Shown: positions 17,175 to 27,747, numbered from the stretch's first letter. The stretch: DNA of 64,000 nucleotides from Candidatus Versatilivorator sp. (GCA_965207735.1 OZ242296.1:2656001-2720000); one strand, 5' to 3'. Notes: a model not told the origin generated them from the sequence alone. Made by a program: numbers and translations.

Positions 17175-18617
17175 ATGAGCCTTGAACAAGAGCTGGCCCT
17201 TCAGATGACGAGACGGCGCTTCTTCGGTCGAGGGGCCAAGGGCATCGGATCGCTGGCCCTGGCGACGCTTTTGAGGGAAGACCTGTATGGCGACACGAAC
17301 GGAAAATCCTTCGGTGCGTTGAAACCGCTCCACTTCGCACCCACGGCCAAGCGCATCATCTACCTCTTCATGTCGGGAGCCCCATCCCAGCTGGATCTGT
17401 TCGACCCCAAGCCGAAGCTGGTCGAAATGACCGGGGAGCCCATGCCAGAAAGCGTCACCAAGGGCCAGCGGATCGCTCAGCTTGCCGGCCGCAAGCTGGT
17501 ATGCATGGGATCCAAGTTCCAATTCCGGAAACACGGGCATTCCGGCGCCGAAATGTCCGAACTCCTGCCGCATATGGCCGGCATAGCCGACGACCTGGCC
17601 GTCATACGCTCGATGCACACCGACGCCATCAACCACGACCCGGCCGTCACCTTGATCCAGACGGGAGGACAACAGCCGGGGCGTCCCACCATGGGGGCCT
17701 GGTTCTCCTACGGCCTGGGCAATGAAAACCAGCAGTTGCCCTCCTTCGTCGTCCTGACCTCGGGGGGCGGGCAGGGCCAACCCCTGCTGTCCCGCTACTG
17801 GGGCAGCGGCTTCCTGCCCAGCAGCCACCAGGGGGTCGAGTTTCGCTCCCAGGGAGAGCCCATCCTCTTCGTTTCCAACCCCGGAGGCGTCACCCCCACC
17901 TCGCGTCGCCACTTGCTTGACGGACTGCGCGATCTCAACCGCCTCAAGATGGATGCAGTGGGCGACCCCGACATCGCGGCCCGGATCAAGTCCTTCGAAA
18001 TGGCCTACCGGATGCAAACCAGTGTTCCGGATCTGATGGACACCGGCCAGGAGTCCCCCAAGGTTCTGGAGCAGTACGGTGCTCAGCCCGGTGTTTCCTC
18101 CTTTGCCAACAATTGCCTGCTGGCCCGGCGCCTGGTCGAGCGAGGCGTCCGATTTATCCAGCTCTACCACCGCGGCTGGGACCACCACAACAGCTTGCCC
18201 TCCAACATCGCCTTGCAGTGCCGCCAGACCGACCAGGCAACGGCAGCGCTGATTCGGGATCTGAAGCAGCGGGGTCTATTCGAGGAGACCCTGGTGATCT
18301 GGGGAGGGGAGTTCGGGCGGACGCCCATGAACCAGGGAGACATGAAGCGGGGAAATTACGGCAGGGACCACCATATGAAAGCCTACACCATCTGGATGGC
18401 GGGTGGAGGCATCAAGCCGGGGGTCACCATCGGAGCCACCGACGACCTGGGCTACAACCCGGTGGAAGATCCGGTGCACATCAACGACTTCCAGGCTACC
18501 GTGCTGCACTGCATGGGCATCGACCACGAGAGGTTCACCTACCGATTCCAGGGACGCGACTTCCGCCTGACCGACGTGGGCGGCAAAGTCATTAAAAAGG
18601 CAGTGGTTAGTGGTTAG
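17175..18617 (+). CDS. DUF1501 family (sulfatase-like) Tat-exported protein
   Basis: 'TRRRFF' Tat motif, 'IYLFMSGAPSQLDLFDPKP', 'CLLARRLVERGVRF', 'GEFGRTP', 'GRDHH'. Confidence 0.93.
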   Translation: MSLEQELALQMTRRRFFGRGAKGIGSLALATLLREDLYGDTNGKSFGALKPLHFAPTAKRIIYLFMSGAPSQLDLFDPKPKLVEMTGEPMPESVTKGQRIAQLAGRKLVCMGSKFQFRKHGHSGAEMSELLPHMAGIADDLAVIRSMHTDAINHDPAVTLIQTGGQQPGRPTMGAWFSYGLGNENQQLPSFVVLTSGGGQGQPLLSRYWGSGFLPSSHQGVEFRSQGEPILFVSNPGGVTPTSRRHLLDGLRDLNRLKMDAVGDPDIAARIKSFEMAYRMQTSVPDLMDTGQESPKVLEQYGAQPGVSSFANNCLLARRLVERGVRFIQLYHRGWDHHNSLPSNIALQCRQTDQATAALIRDLKQRGLFEETLVIWGGEFGRTPMNQGDMKRGNYGRDHHMKAYTIWMAGGGIKPGVTIGATDDLGYNPVEDPVHINDFQATVLHCMGIDHERFTYRFQGRDFRLTDVGGKVIKKAVVSG

Positions 18618-18730
18618 TGGTCAGTTGTGGAAGGAAAGTCCCATTCGCCGGGAGTGTTGTGGGCTAGCCCGTCTTTCGCCCCCCCACCGCATCAGCCTTC
18701 GCCACTCGGCTCGGCTTCTGCGACTCCCCC

Positions 18731-19531
18731 TCAACCCACCTTGCAGGTGATTCCGCCGTCCACCACCAACTGGACCCCGGTAATGTACCTGGCTTCGTCC
18801 GAGGCCAGAAACAGCGCCGCATAGGCCACATCCCAGGCATCTCCCATCTTGCCCATGGGCACCATGGCATCCCGTTTCCGCACCATCTGCTCCACCCCTC
18901 CCGGTCCATAGGTATCTTTCAACGGCTCCACGATCATGGGAGTGTTCATGAAGCCCGGCAGAATACAGTTGGCCCGAATGTTCTTAGGCGCGTACTGCAG
19001 TGCAATGCTCTGAGTGAGCTGATTGACGGCCCCCTTGGAAGCCTGATAGGAAATCGCCGGATAACCCGTGTAGCGGATCGCGGCAAACGAGGAGATGTTG
19101 ACGATCGCGCCCTTGCCCTGGCGTTCCATGACGGGCAGGACGTATTTACAACTCAGGAACATGCCCTTCACGTTGACTGCGAACAGGTGATCCCACTGTT
19201 CCTCGGATATTTCTTCCGGCCCACCCACGTGGAGGATCCCCACGTTATTGTGGAGAATGTCGATCCTGCCGTAGACCTCCAGGCAGCGGTCCACCATGGC
19301 TTTCACCTGTTCCCCGCGGGAAACATCCGTCCGGTGGACGGAGCACTCCCCTCCCTCCTCGAGAATGATGCGGCGAGTCTCCTCGGCAGCATCGGGATTG
19401 ATATCCACGGCCAGCACCCTGGCGCCCTCCCGGGCAAAGAGCACGGCGGCAGCCTTGCCGTTGCCCCAGCCGGGCCCGACCGAGCCGGCTCCGGTGACGA
19501 TGGCGATCTTGTCCTTGAGACGGTCTCCCAT
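18731..19531 (-). CDS. SDR family oxidoreductase
   Basis: 'VTGAGS...GNG', 'HNNVG', YxxxK 'YQASK', 'ANCILPG'. Confidence 0.93.
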   Translation of the reverse strand: MGDRLKDKIAIVTGAGSVGPGWGNGKAAAVLFAREGARVLAVDINPDAAEETRRIILEEGGECSVHRTDVSRGEQVKAMVDRCLEVYGRIDILHNNVGILHVGGPEEISEEQWDHLFAVNVKGMFLSCKYVLPVMERQGKGAIVNISSFAAIRYTGYPAISYQASKGAVNQLTQSIALQYAPKNIRANCILPGFMNTPMIVEPLKDTYGPGGVEQMVRKRDAMVPMGKMGDAWDVAYAALFLASDEARYITGVQLVVDGGITCKVG

Positions 19532-19578
19532 GGGATTCCTCCTCCCGGCGATTGGATAAAATCTCCTCTATCCCGACG

Positions 19579-20340
19579 TCATCCGGACTTGTGGAACTCT
19601 ACGAAGGCTTGGCTCAGGGAACGGATCACCGCCGCCAGGTAGGCTTTTCCCCGCTCCGCATCGCCCCGGTCGGGGCTGTCGGTATAGCCGTCCAGGTCTT
19701 CCAGAAACCGGTGCTTCTCCGACCGATAGGGACCGTAGAAACTGCGAGGGTCGGAGCCGTGGCCTCCCTCGCGATGGGGCAGCGGCTCCACCACCAGATC
19801 CGGGCGCAGGGCCATTATCTGAGATGTCTCATAGAAGCCTGCGTGCCCGGGGAGATTGCCGCTCAGGTGAGCCCCCTCTGCCACCAGGGCGTCCCAGGCC
19901 ACGGTCCAATAGGACATGGCGGCAAACTTGATATCGTGCTTGATGGCCAAATCCCGAGCGACAAGCTGGATCAACTCGTGGTTGCCCCCGTGCCCGTTGA
20001 GCAGCACCAGGCTCCGAAACCCCGAGACAATCATGGATTCCCCCAGGTCGAAGAGAGCCCGGTAATAGGTTTCCGTGCTGAGAGACAAGGTGCCGCCAAA
20101 GGACAGGTGGTGATGGGAGGAACCAAAGGGCAAGGTGGGAGCAACCAACACCGAAATTTTTTCCTTGGCCTGTTCCGCCGCTCCCCGCGCCACGTGCTCG
20201 ACGGTCAGGAAGTCGGTGCCGACCGGCAGGTGGGGACCGTGTTGTTCGACGGCGCCGACCGGCAGCACCAGAAGGGTATGAGGAGCCAGTTCCCGTGCTT
20301 TCTCACGGGTAAGCTCATGAAGCAACAGGTGGGAGTCCAT
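19579..20340 (-). CDS. Creatininase family protein
   Basis: 'PVGAVEQHGPHLPVGTD', 'NGHGGN', 'GHAGFYETS'. Confidence 0.92.
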   Translation of the reverse strand: MDSHLLLHELTREKARELAPHTLLVLPVGAVEQHGPHLPVGTDFLTVEHVARGAAEQAKEKISVLVAPTLPFGSSHHHLSFGGTLSLSTETYYRALFDLGESMIVSGFRSLVLLNGHGGNHELIQLVARDLAIKHDIKFAAMSYWTVAWDALVAEGAHLSGNLPGHAGFYETSQIMALRPDLVVEPLPHREGGHGSDPRSFYGPYRSEKHRFLEDLDGYTDSPDRGDAERGKAYLAAVIRSLSQAFVEFHKSG

Positions 20341-20489
20341 AAATCCATTTCTCCTTTCCAAATGAAGTATTGGCAGTCTATCGGAGTTACAACATCCGTT
20401 CCAGGTTTGAACTATCGGCGCAAATCCCGTCTGATGAGTGATAGGCTTCCCCACATACTACATCCTGAGCCTACCGGCAGGAGGATGCC

Positions 20490-21869
20490 ATGAAAATCAA
20501 CGATCCAATCGATCACTCCATCAGGGAGCCTCCAAGACCATCGGCACCCAAGACCAATCGTCGGGGCTTCCTGGCTACCGGCTTTGGAGGGTGGCTGGCG
20601 GCCACAACAGTGTCCAGCGGCTGGAAACCATTGCGGGCAGAGGAATCTCCATCGGACCCGGCCTCCCAAGAGACTCAGATAGCGGTCACTGTCAACGGGG
20701 AGAAAATTCGAACCGTTCCGGCTCAATTTACGGTGGTCCCCTTCGGCCGGGGGGCTCCCATCGGCAGGACGCAGGACGGCGTTCTCTACGCCGGTTTCTC
20801 CACAGAGGGACCGGGGCTCGAAAGCATCCTGCTGGCCTCCAGCGACGAGGGACGGACTTGGCGGCAAAAAAGTCTGGATTGGTGGCAGTTCTTCGACCAC
20901 AACCTGGCGAGGGACTCGTCGCGCTGGCTCTTTTTTGACAATCGGTGGGCACTGCGAAGCGACTCGTTCGGGATCCTGAGAGACGGTACCCTCGTCTGGG
21001 CGTTCCGCCAGGCAGCCGATGGCTGCGGGGTCGCGGGACTCGAAGCGGAGTGCTATGTGATTCGAAGTCAAGACGGCGGCAGGAGCTGGCAAGGGCCGTT
21101 CAGGGTCGACAAGGCGCCCTTTCCTTCGATTGGAAACTCCTCGAACCGAATGACCGAATTGACGGACGGAACCGTGCTCTGGCCCCAGCGCCTGGGCGCG
21201 ACTTCGACCCGCCAGAAAGAGATCAGGCAAGCGGCTGAACGGTCTTTGCAGCCTTGGACGGAGACTCCCTATACCGCTACCTTCGTTCTTCGGTCGACCG
21301 ACGGCGGCCGAAGTTGGGGCGAGCGAACCCCATTGCCGGACTGGTCTGCCGAGACGACTCTCTTGCGGTTGCACTCCGGACGGTTGATCGCCGCAATCCG
21401 TTACCAGCCTGCCTTTTGGTCGGCCGAGATGATGGACCGGCAGCTCCACGCCCGTCCCTCCCTGTATGAGGATGGATTTCAACCATCCAAGCGGGTCTAC
21501 CTGGCCGACTCGGAGGACGCCGGCCATACCTGGACCCATTTCCGCCCGGTAAGCCAGGCGCCGAATGGGCCAACCGACCTTGCGCTGGGACAGGCTCACG
21601 GGGAACTCTCCCAGTTGTCCGACGGAACGCTCATCCTGACCACCGATCACCGCTACCCGCGGGAAGAGGCTCAAGTTCTGGCACGGATCAGCCACGACGA
21701 GGGTCGAACCTGGAGCGCGGAGGTCTATCACCTCACTCGGGCGGGCGGTTCGGTACTGGGGTCGTCGATCAAGGGTGTTGGAACCGGCTATGCTTCCAGC
21801 GTGGTCTTGGAGGACGATACCATCGTGACCATGACGGGCGCAGGCACCTGCCTGCGTTGGAGGGTTTAA
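20490..21869 (+). CDS. Tat-exported BNR/Asp-box (sialidase-like) beta-propeller
   Basis: 'NRRGFL' Tat motif; five Asp-boxes SSDEGRTW, SQDGGRSW, STDGGRSW, SEDAGHTW, SHDEGRTW. Confidence 0.85.
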   Translation: MKINDPIDHSIREPPRPSAPKTNRRGFLATGFGGWLAATTVSSGWKPLRAEESPSDPASQETQIAVTVNGEKIRTVPAQFTVVPFGRGAPIGRTQDGVLYAGFSTEGPGLESILLASSDEGRTWRQKSLDWWQFFDHNLARDSSRWLFFDNRWALRSDSFGILRDGTLVWAFRQAADGCGVAGLEAECYVIRSQDGGRSWQGPFRVDKAPFPSIGNSSNRMTELTDGTVLWPQRLGATSTRQKEIRQAAERSLQPWTETPYTATFVLRSTDGGRSWGERTPLPDWSAETTLLRLHSGRLIAAIRYQPAFWSAEMMDRQLHARPSLYEDGFQPSKRVYLADSEDAGHTWTHFRPVSQAPNGPTDLALGQAHGELSQLSDGTLILTTDHRYPREEAQVLARISHDEGRTWSAEVYHLTRAGGSVLGSSIKGVGTGYASSVVLEDDTIVTMTGAGTCLRWRV

Positions 21870-22112
21870 CCTGCATTTCACGCCGGATCAGGTTGTGATA
21901 GGCTCACCGGCAAGCAAGTTCATGATCCAGCCCGGAGCGCAGCAATAGACGGCAGGGAAGCCATGATCGTGTCTCCCCTGATCTTGACTGCGGCTCGGTT
22001 GACTGAATTCAAGTCGCCACGACCGCGAGTGGCGGGCTTGGTCGGTGCCATACCCCGTTGCACCCGGCGACAGAATCGGCAACCAAGCGGAATACCGGAC
22101 GGGAGACAACCC

Positions 22113-24578
22113 ATGAAACACACACTCTTCAGTGTCCTTTCGGCCTCACTCCTGCTGTCAGGAACAGCCTTCTCCAACGATCTTCCCGAGGTCGGAACTG
22201 TCGAAGCCCAACCGCTGTTGGCCCAGGCGCTACGGCTGGATGACGCGCTGACCTTCCTGGGAAGCGGGCTCTCGGCGGAGGACTCCCGCCGACTGCAAGC
22301 GCTGAGGGATGAAGCGCCTGGCTCGAAGACGACTCGCAGCATCCAGCAGATCCTGGACCCCTACTGCCTGGCCATGGTGGTGATCAACCCCGAGGCGCGG
22401 GTGAAGGTGCTGCGCGGCCCCACCCAGCCCGTGCTGGTGCAGAACGGCTGGAAGAGCTTCCTGATCAAGGTCCACAACCAGGCCATGGTCAAGGCACAAC
22501 TCGAAGCGGAGAGTCCCAACGCCGAGCCCATCCTGCACCGCTCGACCGGAGCCAAGCAAGCCAAGCCGGAGAACCTCCTCTCTTCCGGCCAGGTCGCCAA
22601 CCGCTTTCTGGAACTCTACATGTATCGGAGGCGGCCGCTTCTCAGCAACCTGTCGGGGGTCGAGCTCGAATATGCGGTGCTTCAGATCCACACCCGGGAC
22701 ACCGGACGCCGGGAAGCCAAACTCGGTTTCCACGTCGGCCAGGGAACCCAGGATATCGGATTTCGCAGCACCATCGACATCCTGTTCGACTGCCGGTCCG
22801 CAACCAAGGTGGTGTTCAGGATCAAGGATCATGACGGCTCGCCGGCTCGGATGGCCTCCCTGGTCATCACCGACGGGATCGAACGAATTGTGGAAGGTTC
22901 CGACCCGGTGCGGATCAGCGGGACCGCCCCCTCGGGAAGACCACCACTGCCCAAAGACTACCGGCTGTCGCTGGCGGCCCGCCAGACCTGGGAGGAGCGC
23001 GGCGCCTCCGACCTGCCGGACTTTTCCAGGGCCAAGCGGCTGACGGGAATCCGCCCCCTGCCCTCCCGCCGCCTGGCGGCGCTGGATGAATTTCCCGACT
23101 TCTTCTTTCATCCGCAGATTTACCGCGCCGACGGCGAGCACGTGTTCCTGCCGGCGGGGGAGTATGAAGTCACGCTGACCCGCGGCCCGGAGTACCTGCC
23201 CCAGACAAAACGCATCCGGGTGCCCCCGGGGAAAAAGGTCCACGAGGTCCAGCTCCAACTCACGCGCTGGGTTCACATGGCCAAGCTGGGCTGGTACAGC
23301 GCCGACCACCACGTGCACGCTGCCGGATGCAGCCACTACGAGAGCCCGGAAGAGGGCGTGCGTCCCGAGCACATGTGGCGCCAGGCCCAGGGGGAAGACC
23401 TGAATATCGCCTGCAATTTGACCTGGGGACCTTGCTGGTACTACCAGAAGAGCTACTTCACCGGCAAGGTGCATCCCCTGTCGAACCAGCAGAACCTGCT
23501 GCGATACGACGTGGAGGTCTCCGGCTTTCCCTCCTCTCACGCGGGACATGTCTGTCTGCTCCGCCTGAAAGAGGACGATTATCCGGGGGCCAGCAAGGTG
23601 GAGGAGTGGCCCAGTTGGACGCTGCCCATTCTGCAATGGGCCAAGAAACAGGACGCCGTGGTGGGCTACGCCCATTCCGGATGGGGCTTGGAACCCACGG
23701 AGCCGACCGATTCGCTTCCCAACTATGTCCTGCCCAAGTTCGACGGCATTGGAGCCAACGAGTACATCGTCACCGTGACCCAGGATGCCGTCGACTTCTA
23801 CTCTGCCGGAGACACCCCCGCTCCCTGGGAACTCAATATCTGGTACCACGTCCTGAACACCGGGTTCCGAACGCGCTTGAGCGGCGAAACCGATTTCCCC
23901 TGCATCTTCGACGACCGGGTGGGGATGGCCAGAAGCTACGCCAAGCTGGAGGGTCCGCTGAATTTCGACCGGTACATGGACCAGATTCGGGTCGGCCGCA
24001 GCTATGTTTCCGACGGAGCATCCCACATCGTCGACTTTAGCGCCAACGGTCTGGAACTGGGGACCCGGGAGAGCGAGTTGAACCTGCCGGGAGCACAAAC
24101 GGTCGAGATTCGATCCAGGGTGATCGCCCATCTGCCCGATCGCCAGGATGAGGTGGGCGCCATTATCGCTGCCAGACGAATCGACCGTCCCCCCTATTGG
24201 CACATCGAGCGCGCCCGGCTGGGAAAGACCCGCCAGGTGCCGGTGGAACTGATCGTCAACGGCGAGCCCGTGGCCAGGAAGATGGTCGAGGCGGATGGAC
24301 AATGGCGCGACGTCAGCTTCAAACACCCCCTTGAAAAGTCCAGTTGGCTGGCCCTGCGGATCTACCCCAGCTCGCACACCAATCCCATTTTCGTTCAGGT
24401 GGGGGGGAAACCGATTCGGGCGTCACTTCGGAGCGCCGAATGGTGCCGCCGGGCCGTGGACCAGTGCTGGAAGATGAAGAGTCCGCGGATTCGTCCCGAG
24501 GAACGCGAGCAGGCCGCCGCGGCCTATCAGCGGGCCCGACTCATCTACGACCGCATCATTCGGGAAAGCCGGCCGTAG
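22113..24578 (+). CDS. Secreted CehA/McbA-like (PHP-type) metallohydrolase
   Basis: Signal peptide MKHTLFSVLS...; 'TRGPEY', 'GWYSADHHVH', 'GYAHSG', 'WYHVLN', 'SGETDFP', 'SHTNPIF'. Confidence 0.8.
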   Translation: MKHTLFSVLSASLLLSGTAFSNDLPEVGTVEAQPLLAQALRLDDALTFLGSGLSAEDSRRLQALRDEAPGSKTTRSIQQILDPYCLAMVVINPEARVKVLRGPTQPVLVQNGWKSFLIKVHNQAMVKAQLEAESPNAEPILHRSTGAKQAKPENLLSSGQVANRFLELYMYRRRPLLSNLSGVELEYAVLQIHTRDTGRREAKLGFHVGQGTQDIGFRSTIDILFDCRSATKVVFRIKDHDGSPARMASLVITDGIERIVEGSDPVRISGTAPSGRPPLPKDYRLSLAARQTWEERGASDLPDFSRAKRLTGIRPLPSRRLAALDEFPDFFFHPQIYRADGEHVFLPAGEYEVTLTRGPEYLPQTKRIRVPPGKKVHEVQLQLTRWVHMAKLGWYSADHHVHAAGCSHYESPEEGVRPEHMWRQAQGEDLNIACNLTWGPCWYYQKSYFTGKVHPLSNQQNLLRYDVEVSGFPSSHAGHVCLLRLKEDDYPGASKVEEWPSWTLPILQWAKKQDAVVGYAHSGWGLEPTEPTDSLPNYVLPKFDGIGANEYIVTVTQDAVDFYSAGDTPAPWELNIWYHVLNTGFRTRLSGETDFPCIFDDRVGMARSYAKLEGPLNFDRYMDQIRVGRSYVSDGASHIVDFSANGLELGTRESELNLPGAQTVEIRSRVIAHLPDRQDEVGAIIAARRIDRPPYWHIERARLGKTRQVPVELIVNGEPVARKMVEADGQWRDVSFKHPLEKSSWLALRIYPSSHTNPIFVQVGGKPIRASLRSAEWCRRAVDQCWKMKSPRIRPEEREQAAAAYQRARLIYDRIIRESRP

Positions 24579-24636
24579 CCACACGGGCAGGCCGTCACAA
24601 TCCGTGTGTGGTTCCACGTAAAAGGAGGAACAAGAG

Positions 24637-25674
24637 ATGAGCGATGTACGAGTCGGCATCGTGGGCCTGGGCTGGGTGGCCGGCGCCCACATCGACGCCT
24701 TCAAGGCCGTGTCGGGAGCGCGGGTGACGGCTGTCTGCTCGCGGCGACAGCTCGATGAGGCCGCACTGAGCCGGGATTACGGCATCCCGCTTCGAGCCTT
24801 TACCAGCTACGAGGAGATGCTGGCCGATCCTGCCATTGACGCGATCGACATCTGCACACCCCACCCGCAGCATGCCCGGCAAGCCATCGCCGCCGCCAGG
24901 GCCGGCAAGCACCTCATTATCGAGAAGCCTATCTGCCTCTCCTACCAGGACGCCCTGGAAATGCAGGCTGCCATTCGGCAGGCCGGCGTTCAGACCTGCG
25001 TCTGTTTCGAATGCCGCTTCAGTCAGCACTTCGACCTGATCCGCTCCTGCATCGACGAAGGCCTGCTGGGTGAGATTCACTATGCGGAAGTCGATTACTA
25101 CCACGGAATCGGCCCCTGGTACGGGCAGTTCGGCTGGAACGTCAAAAAGGACTTCGGGGGCAGCAGCCTCCTCACCGCCGGTTGTCACGCCCTGGACGGT
25201 CTGCTCTACTTCACCGGGTCCCGGGTCGAAGAGGTCACCAGCTACAGCACCAAATCGAGCAACTCGATTTTCGAGCCCTATGAGTACGACACCAGCACCG
25301 TTACGCTGGTGAAGTTCACCGACGGCAAGATCGGCAAGGTCGCCTCCATCGTGGATTGCCTGCAGCCCTATTACTTTCACATCCACCTGGTGGGGAGTGA
25401 AGGCAGCCTGCTCGACAACCGCATCTACAGCCAGAAGCTGAAGGGAATGACCAAGGCTCGCTGGAGTGTCCTGGAGACCGCCCTGATCGACTCCGGCGAT
25501 GTAGTGGACCATCCCTATCAGCCCCAGTTTCAAGCCTTCGCCGACAGTGTCGCCCAGGGGCGACCCATGCCGCTCACCGATTTCGAGACGGCCTTCGAGA
25601 CCCATCGCGTGGTCTTTGCGGCTGACCGCTCGGCGGCCGAAAACCGCACGGTGAAACTGGCCGAGTTGGGCTGA
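24637..25674 (+). CDS. Gfo/Idh/MocA family oxidoreductase
   Basis: 'VGIVGLGWV', 'ICTPHPQH', 'KHLIIEKP', 'GCHALD'. Confidence 0.93.
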   Translation: MSDVRVGIVGLGWVAGAHIDAFKAVSGARVTAVCSRRQLDEAALSRDYGIPLRAFTSYEEMLADPAIDAIDICTPHPQHARQAIAAARAGKHLIIEKPICLSYQDALEMQAAIRQAGVQTCVCFECRFSQHFDLIRSCIDEGLLGEIHYAEVDYYHGIGPWYGQFGWNVKKDFGGSSLLTAGCHALDGLLYFTGSRVEEVTSYSTKSSNSIFEPYEYDTSTVTLVKFTDGKIGKVASIVDCLQPYYFHIHLVGSEGSLLDNRIYSQKLKGMTKARWSVLETALIDSGDVVDHPYQPQFQAFADSVAQGRPMPLTDFETAFETHRVVFAADRSAAENRTVKLAELG

Positions 25675-25708
25675 ACGCCAGGCTTGACCGAAGAAAGATC
25701 CCTCTCGA

Positions 25709-26377
25709 ATGAGCCGGAACCCCAACTATCTCAGTACTTACCAGGCCCTTGTTCCGCCCCTGCCCGGGGATTTCGAGCCGGACGCGGACCTCGGCAAACC
25801 CATCTGGCAAGGGGTCCCCGAACTGACCCTGCACCACTACCGGCAGCCGGGCAGCACCATCCCGGGAGTGAACACCGGGGTGGCGGTGGCCTATACGCCC
25901 TCCAGGCTCTATCTGGGCTATCGGTGCCAGTACTTCGAGATGCACTGCTACCAGGGTGAGGACCCTGGACCGGAGCGCTGGCTGTTGTGGGACCGGGACG
26001 TGGTGGAGGTTTTCGTCAATCCGTTTCCCGAGAGAATGAACACCTACTGGGAGTTTGAAGTCGCCCCCAACAATCAGTGGATCGACCTGGCCATCGACCT
26101 GGATCGGGACCCCGTGCTGGACGCCGGCTGGGATTCCGGCTTCGCCCACGCCACCCGGATCGACGAGGACAAGAAGGAGTGGACCTGCGAGATGAGCATT
26201 CCCGCCAGTTCGATGGGTGTTGCCTCCATCCGGCCCGGCATGGAATGGCGGATCAACTTTTTCCGGTGTGACGGAGTCGGGGAAATTCGGCAGCGCCGGC
26301 TGCTCGCCTGGAGCCCGCCCCTGGAAGATTCCTTCCACGTCCCCAGTCGATTCGGCACGATCCTCTTTCAACCCTAA
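25709..26377 (+). CDS. CBM9-like/DOMON sugar-binding family protein
   Basis: 'LWDRDVVEVFV', 'YWEFEVAPNN', 'WTCEMSIP', 'WRINFFR', 'SFHVPSRFG'. Confidence 0.82.
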   Translation: MSRNPNYLSTYQALVPPLPGDFEPDADLGKPIWQGVPELTLHHYRQPGSTIPGVNTGVAVAYTPSRLYLGYRCQYFEMHCYQGEDPGPERWLLWDRDVVEVFVNPFPERMNTYWEFEVAPNNQWIDLAIDLDRDPVLDAGWDSGFAHATRIDEDKKEWTCEMSIPASSMGVASIRPGMEWRINFFRCDGVGEIRQRRLLAWSPPLEDSFHVPSRFGTILFQP

Positions 26378-26391
26378 CCCGCGGTTCCGAA

Positions 26392-27390
26392 TCAATCCAA
26401 GGGCAGGACCCAGATATTCCGGTACCGGACGGGGTCGCGGTGATCCTGCAGGAGCAGCGGTCCGCTTTCGCCCTCTTGATTGCTCACACCCCCCGGGGTG
26501 AGCCTGGGGAGCTCCCGGTTCAAGTGAATCACCTGGCCGTTATGCCGGACCGTGATTCGGGCATTGGCGGTCTTGCTGCCGCTCGAATCGAAGCGGGGCG
26601 CCCGAAAGATGATCTCGTAGGTCTGCCACTGCAGCGGAGGAAGCGAGGCATTCACACGCGGAGCGGCAATCCTGTAGACGGCCCCGCAGCCGTTGTCCAT
26701 CGGCTCCAGACCGAAGCTGTCCAGGACCTGAACCTCGTAGCGTCCCTGGACATAGACGCCGCTGTTGCCGCGGGCTTGACCCCGGGCCTCCGGCATCAGC
26801 GGCGTGCGAAACTCGAGATGGATGCGAACGTCCCCAAACGACCGGCGGGTGAGAATGTTTCCCCGGGCCACTTCCATGCTGCCGTCTTCCCGCAGCTTCC
26901 AGCCGGCAGGCTGCCCGTCCCGGTGCATCCAGGCCTCCAGGCCGGTGCCGTCGAAAAGGACCAACGCCTTCTCGGGAGGCTTGGCTCCCAGACTCGGCGG
27001 CCGGCGCTCCATCCTCCTCAGGGAGAATCGGGCTGTCGAGCCGGCGTCGGCGCACGTGCCACTGAACCCCACGGAGTCGACCTGACCTTTAAGTTGACAG
27101 ACTCCGCCGGCCCCCTGCCCTCGATCCAGAGAGCCCGAGAACGAAACTGTCTCGCCCTTTCGACGACCGGTGGATTCACCCGCGTTCCAGGCACCGTCCT
27201 TGTCCAGTCTCATCACAGCCCGGTAGCGGTCCCCGCCCTCGGCCACAACTTGGGCCTCCAGGATCTGTTCAACCCCGTCGTCGCCGCGGAGCCTTCCTTT
27301 CCATTCACCCATAACGGAATCGCCGGCAAGGACCGCTCCGGCGCCAAGGTAGAGAGAACCCATCAGGATAATCATCAGTGAAATTCGCAT
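26392..27390 (-). CDS. DUF1080 (3-keto-disaccharide hydrolase-like) exported protein
   Basis: Signal peptide; 'LFDG', 'RGNSGVYVQGRYEVQVLDS', 'WQTYEI', 'LLLQDH..PVRYRNIW'. Confidence 0.9.
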   Translation of the reverse strand: MRISLMIILMGSLYLGAGAVLAGDSVMGEWKGRLRGDDGVEQILEAQVVAEGGDRYRAVMRLDKDGAWNAGESTGRRKGETVSFSGSLDRGQGAGGVCQLKGQVDSVGFSGTCADAGSTARFSLRRMERRPPSLGAKPPEKALVLFDGTGLEAWMHRDGQPAGWKLREDGSMEVARGNILTRRSFGDVRIHLEFRTPLMPEARGQARGNSGVYVQGRYEVQVLDSFGLEPMDNGCGAVYRIAAPRVNASLPPLQWQTYEIIFRAPRFDSSGSKTANARITVRHNGQVIHLNRELPRLTPGGVSNQEGESGPLLLQDHRDPVRYRNIWVLPLD

Positions 27391-27595
27391 GGCTTTTCAG
27401 AGGCAGGTTCCGCCCCCGCCCCACCCCACGACGTGCGGATCATTCAGAGGAGAAACAGCCAGCTGTTTGCGTTTTGGAAAGAGACAGGATTAATAGGACC
27501 AGAGGCCGCTGCACGGGACGCTGACTGGGAATCGGGGCGTTGGGCACGGCCATGGCCGGCACGGGGAAGATCAATCGAGAAGGACTAAGAATTGA

Positions 27596-27747
27596 ACATG
27601 GATGCACAGGATGCACAGGATTTACAGGACGAGAGCTTCCTGCACCAGAAGCCAACTCGGGCGAAGATCCGGTGCGGATTTGCGGATGTCCAGGACTGCA
27701 AGCCAGCCGTCTTCTGAAAAAATCCTGCGCATCCTGTGCATCCATGT
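27596..27747. mobile_element. MITE-like non-autonomous element with 28-bp terminal inverted repeats
   Basis: ACATGGATGCACAGGATGCACAGGATTT ... AAATCCTGCGCATCCTGTGCATCCATGT (1 mismatch); the internal part is homologous to 7088-7219. Confidence 0.65.

Noticed and set aside
18630-18730. GGAAAGTCC resembling the RNase P conserved region
   Set aside because: Only about 110 nt of intergenic space and no other RNase P elements.
22230-24377. 715-aa minus-strand ORF
   Set aside because: Antisense to the metallohydrolase gene; no family motifs.
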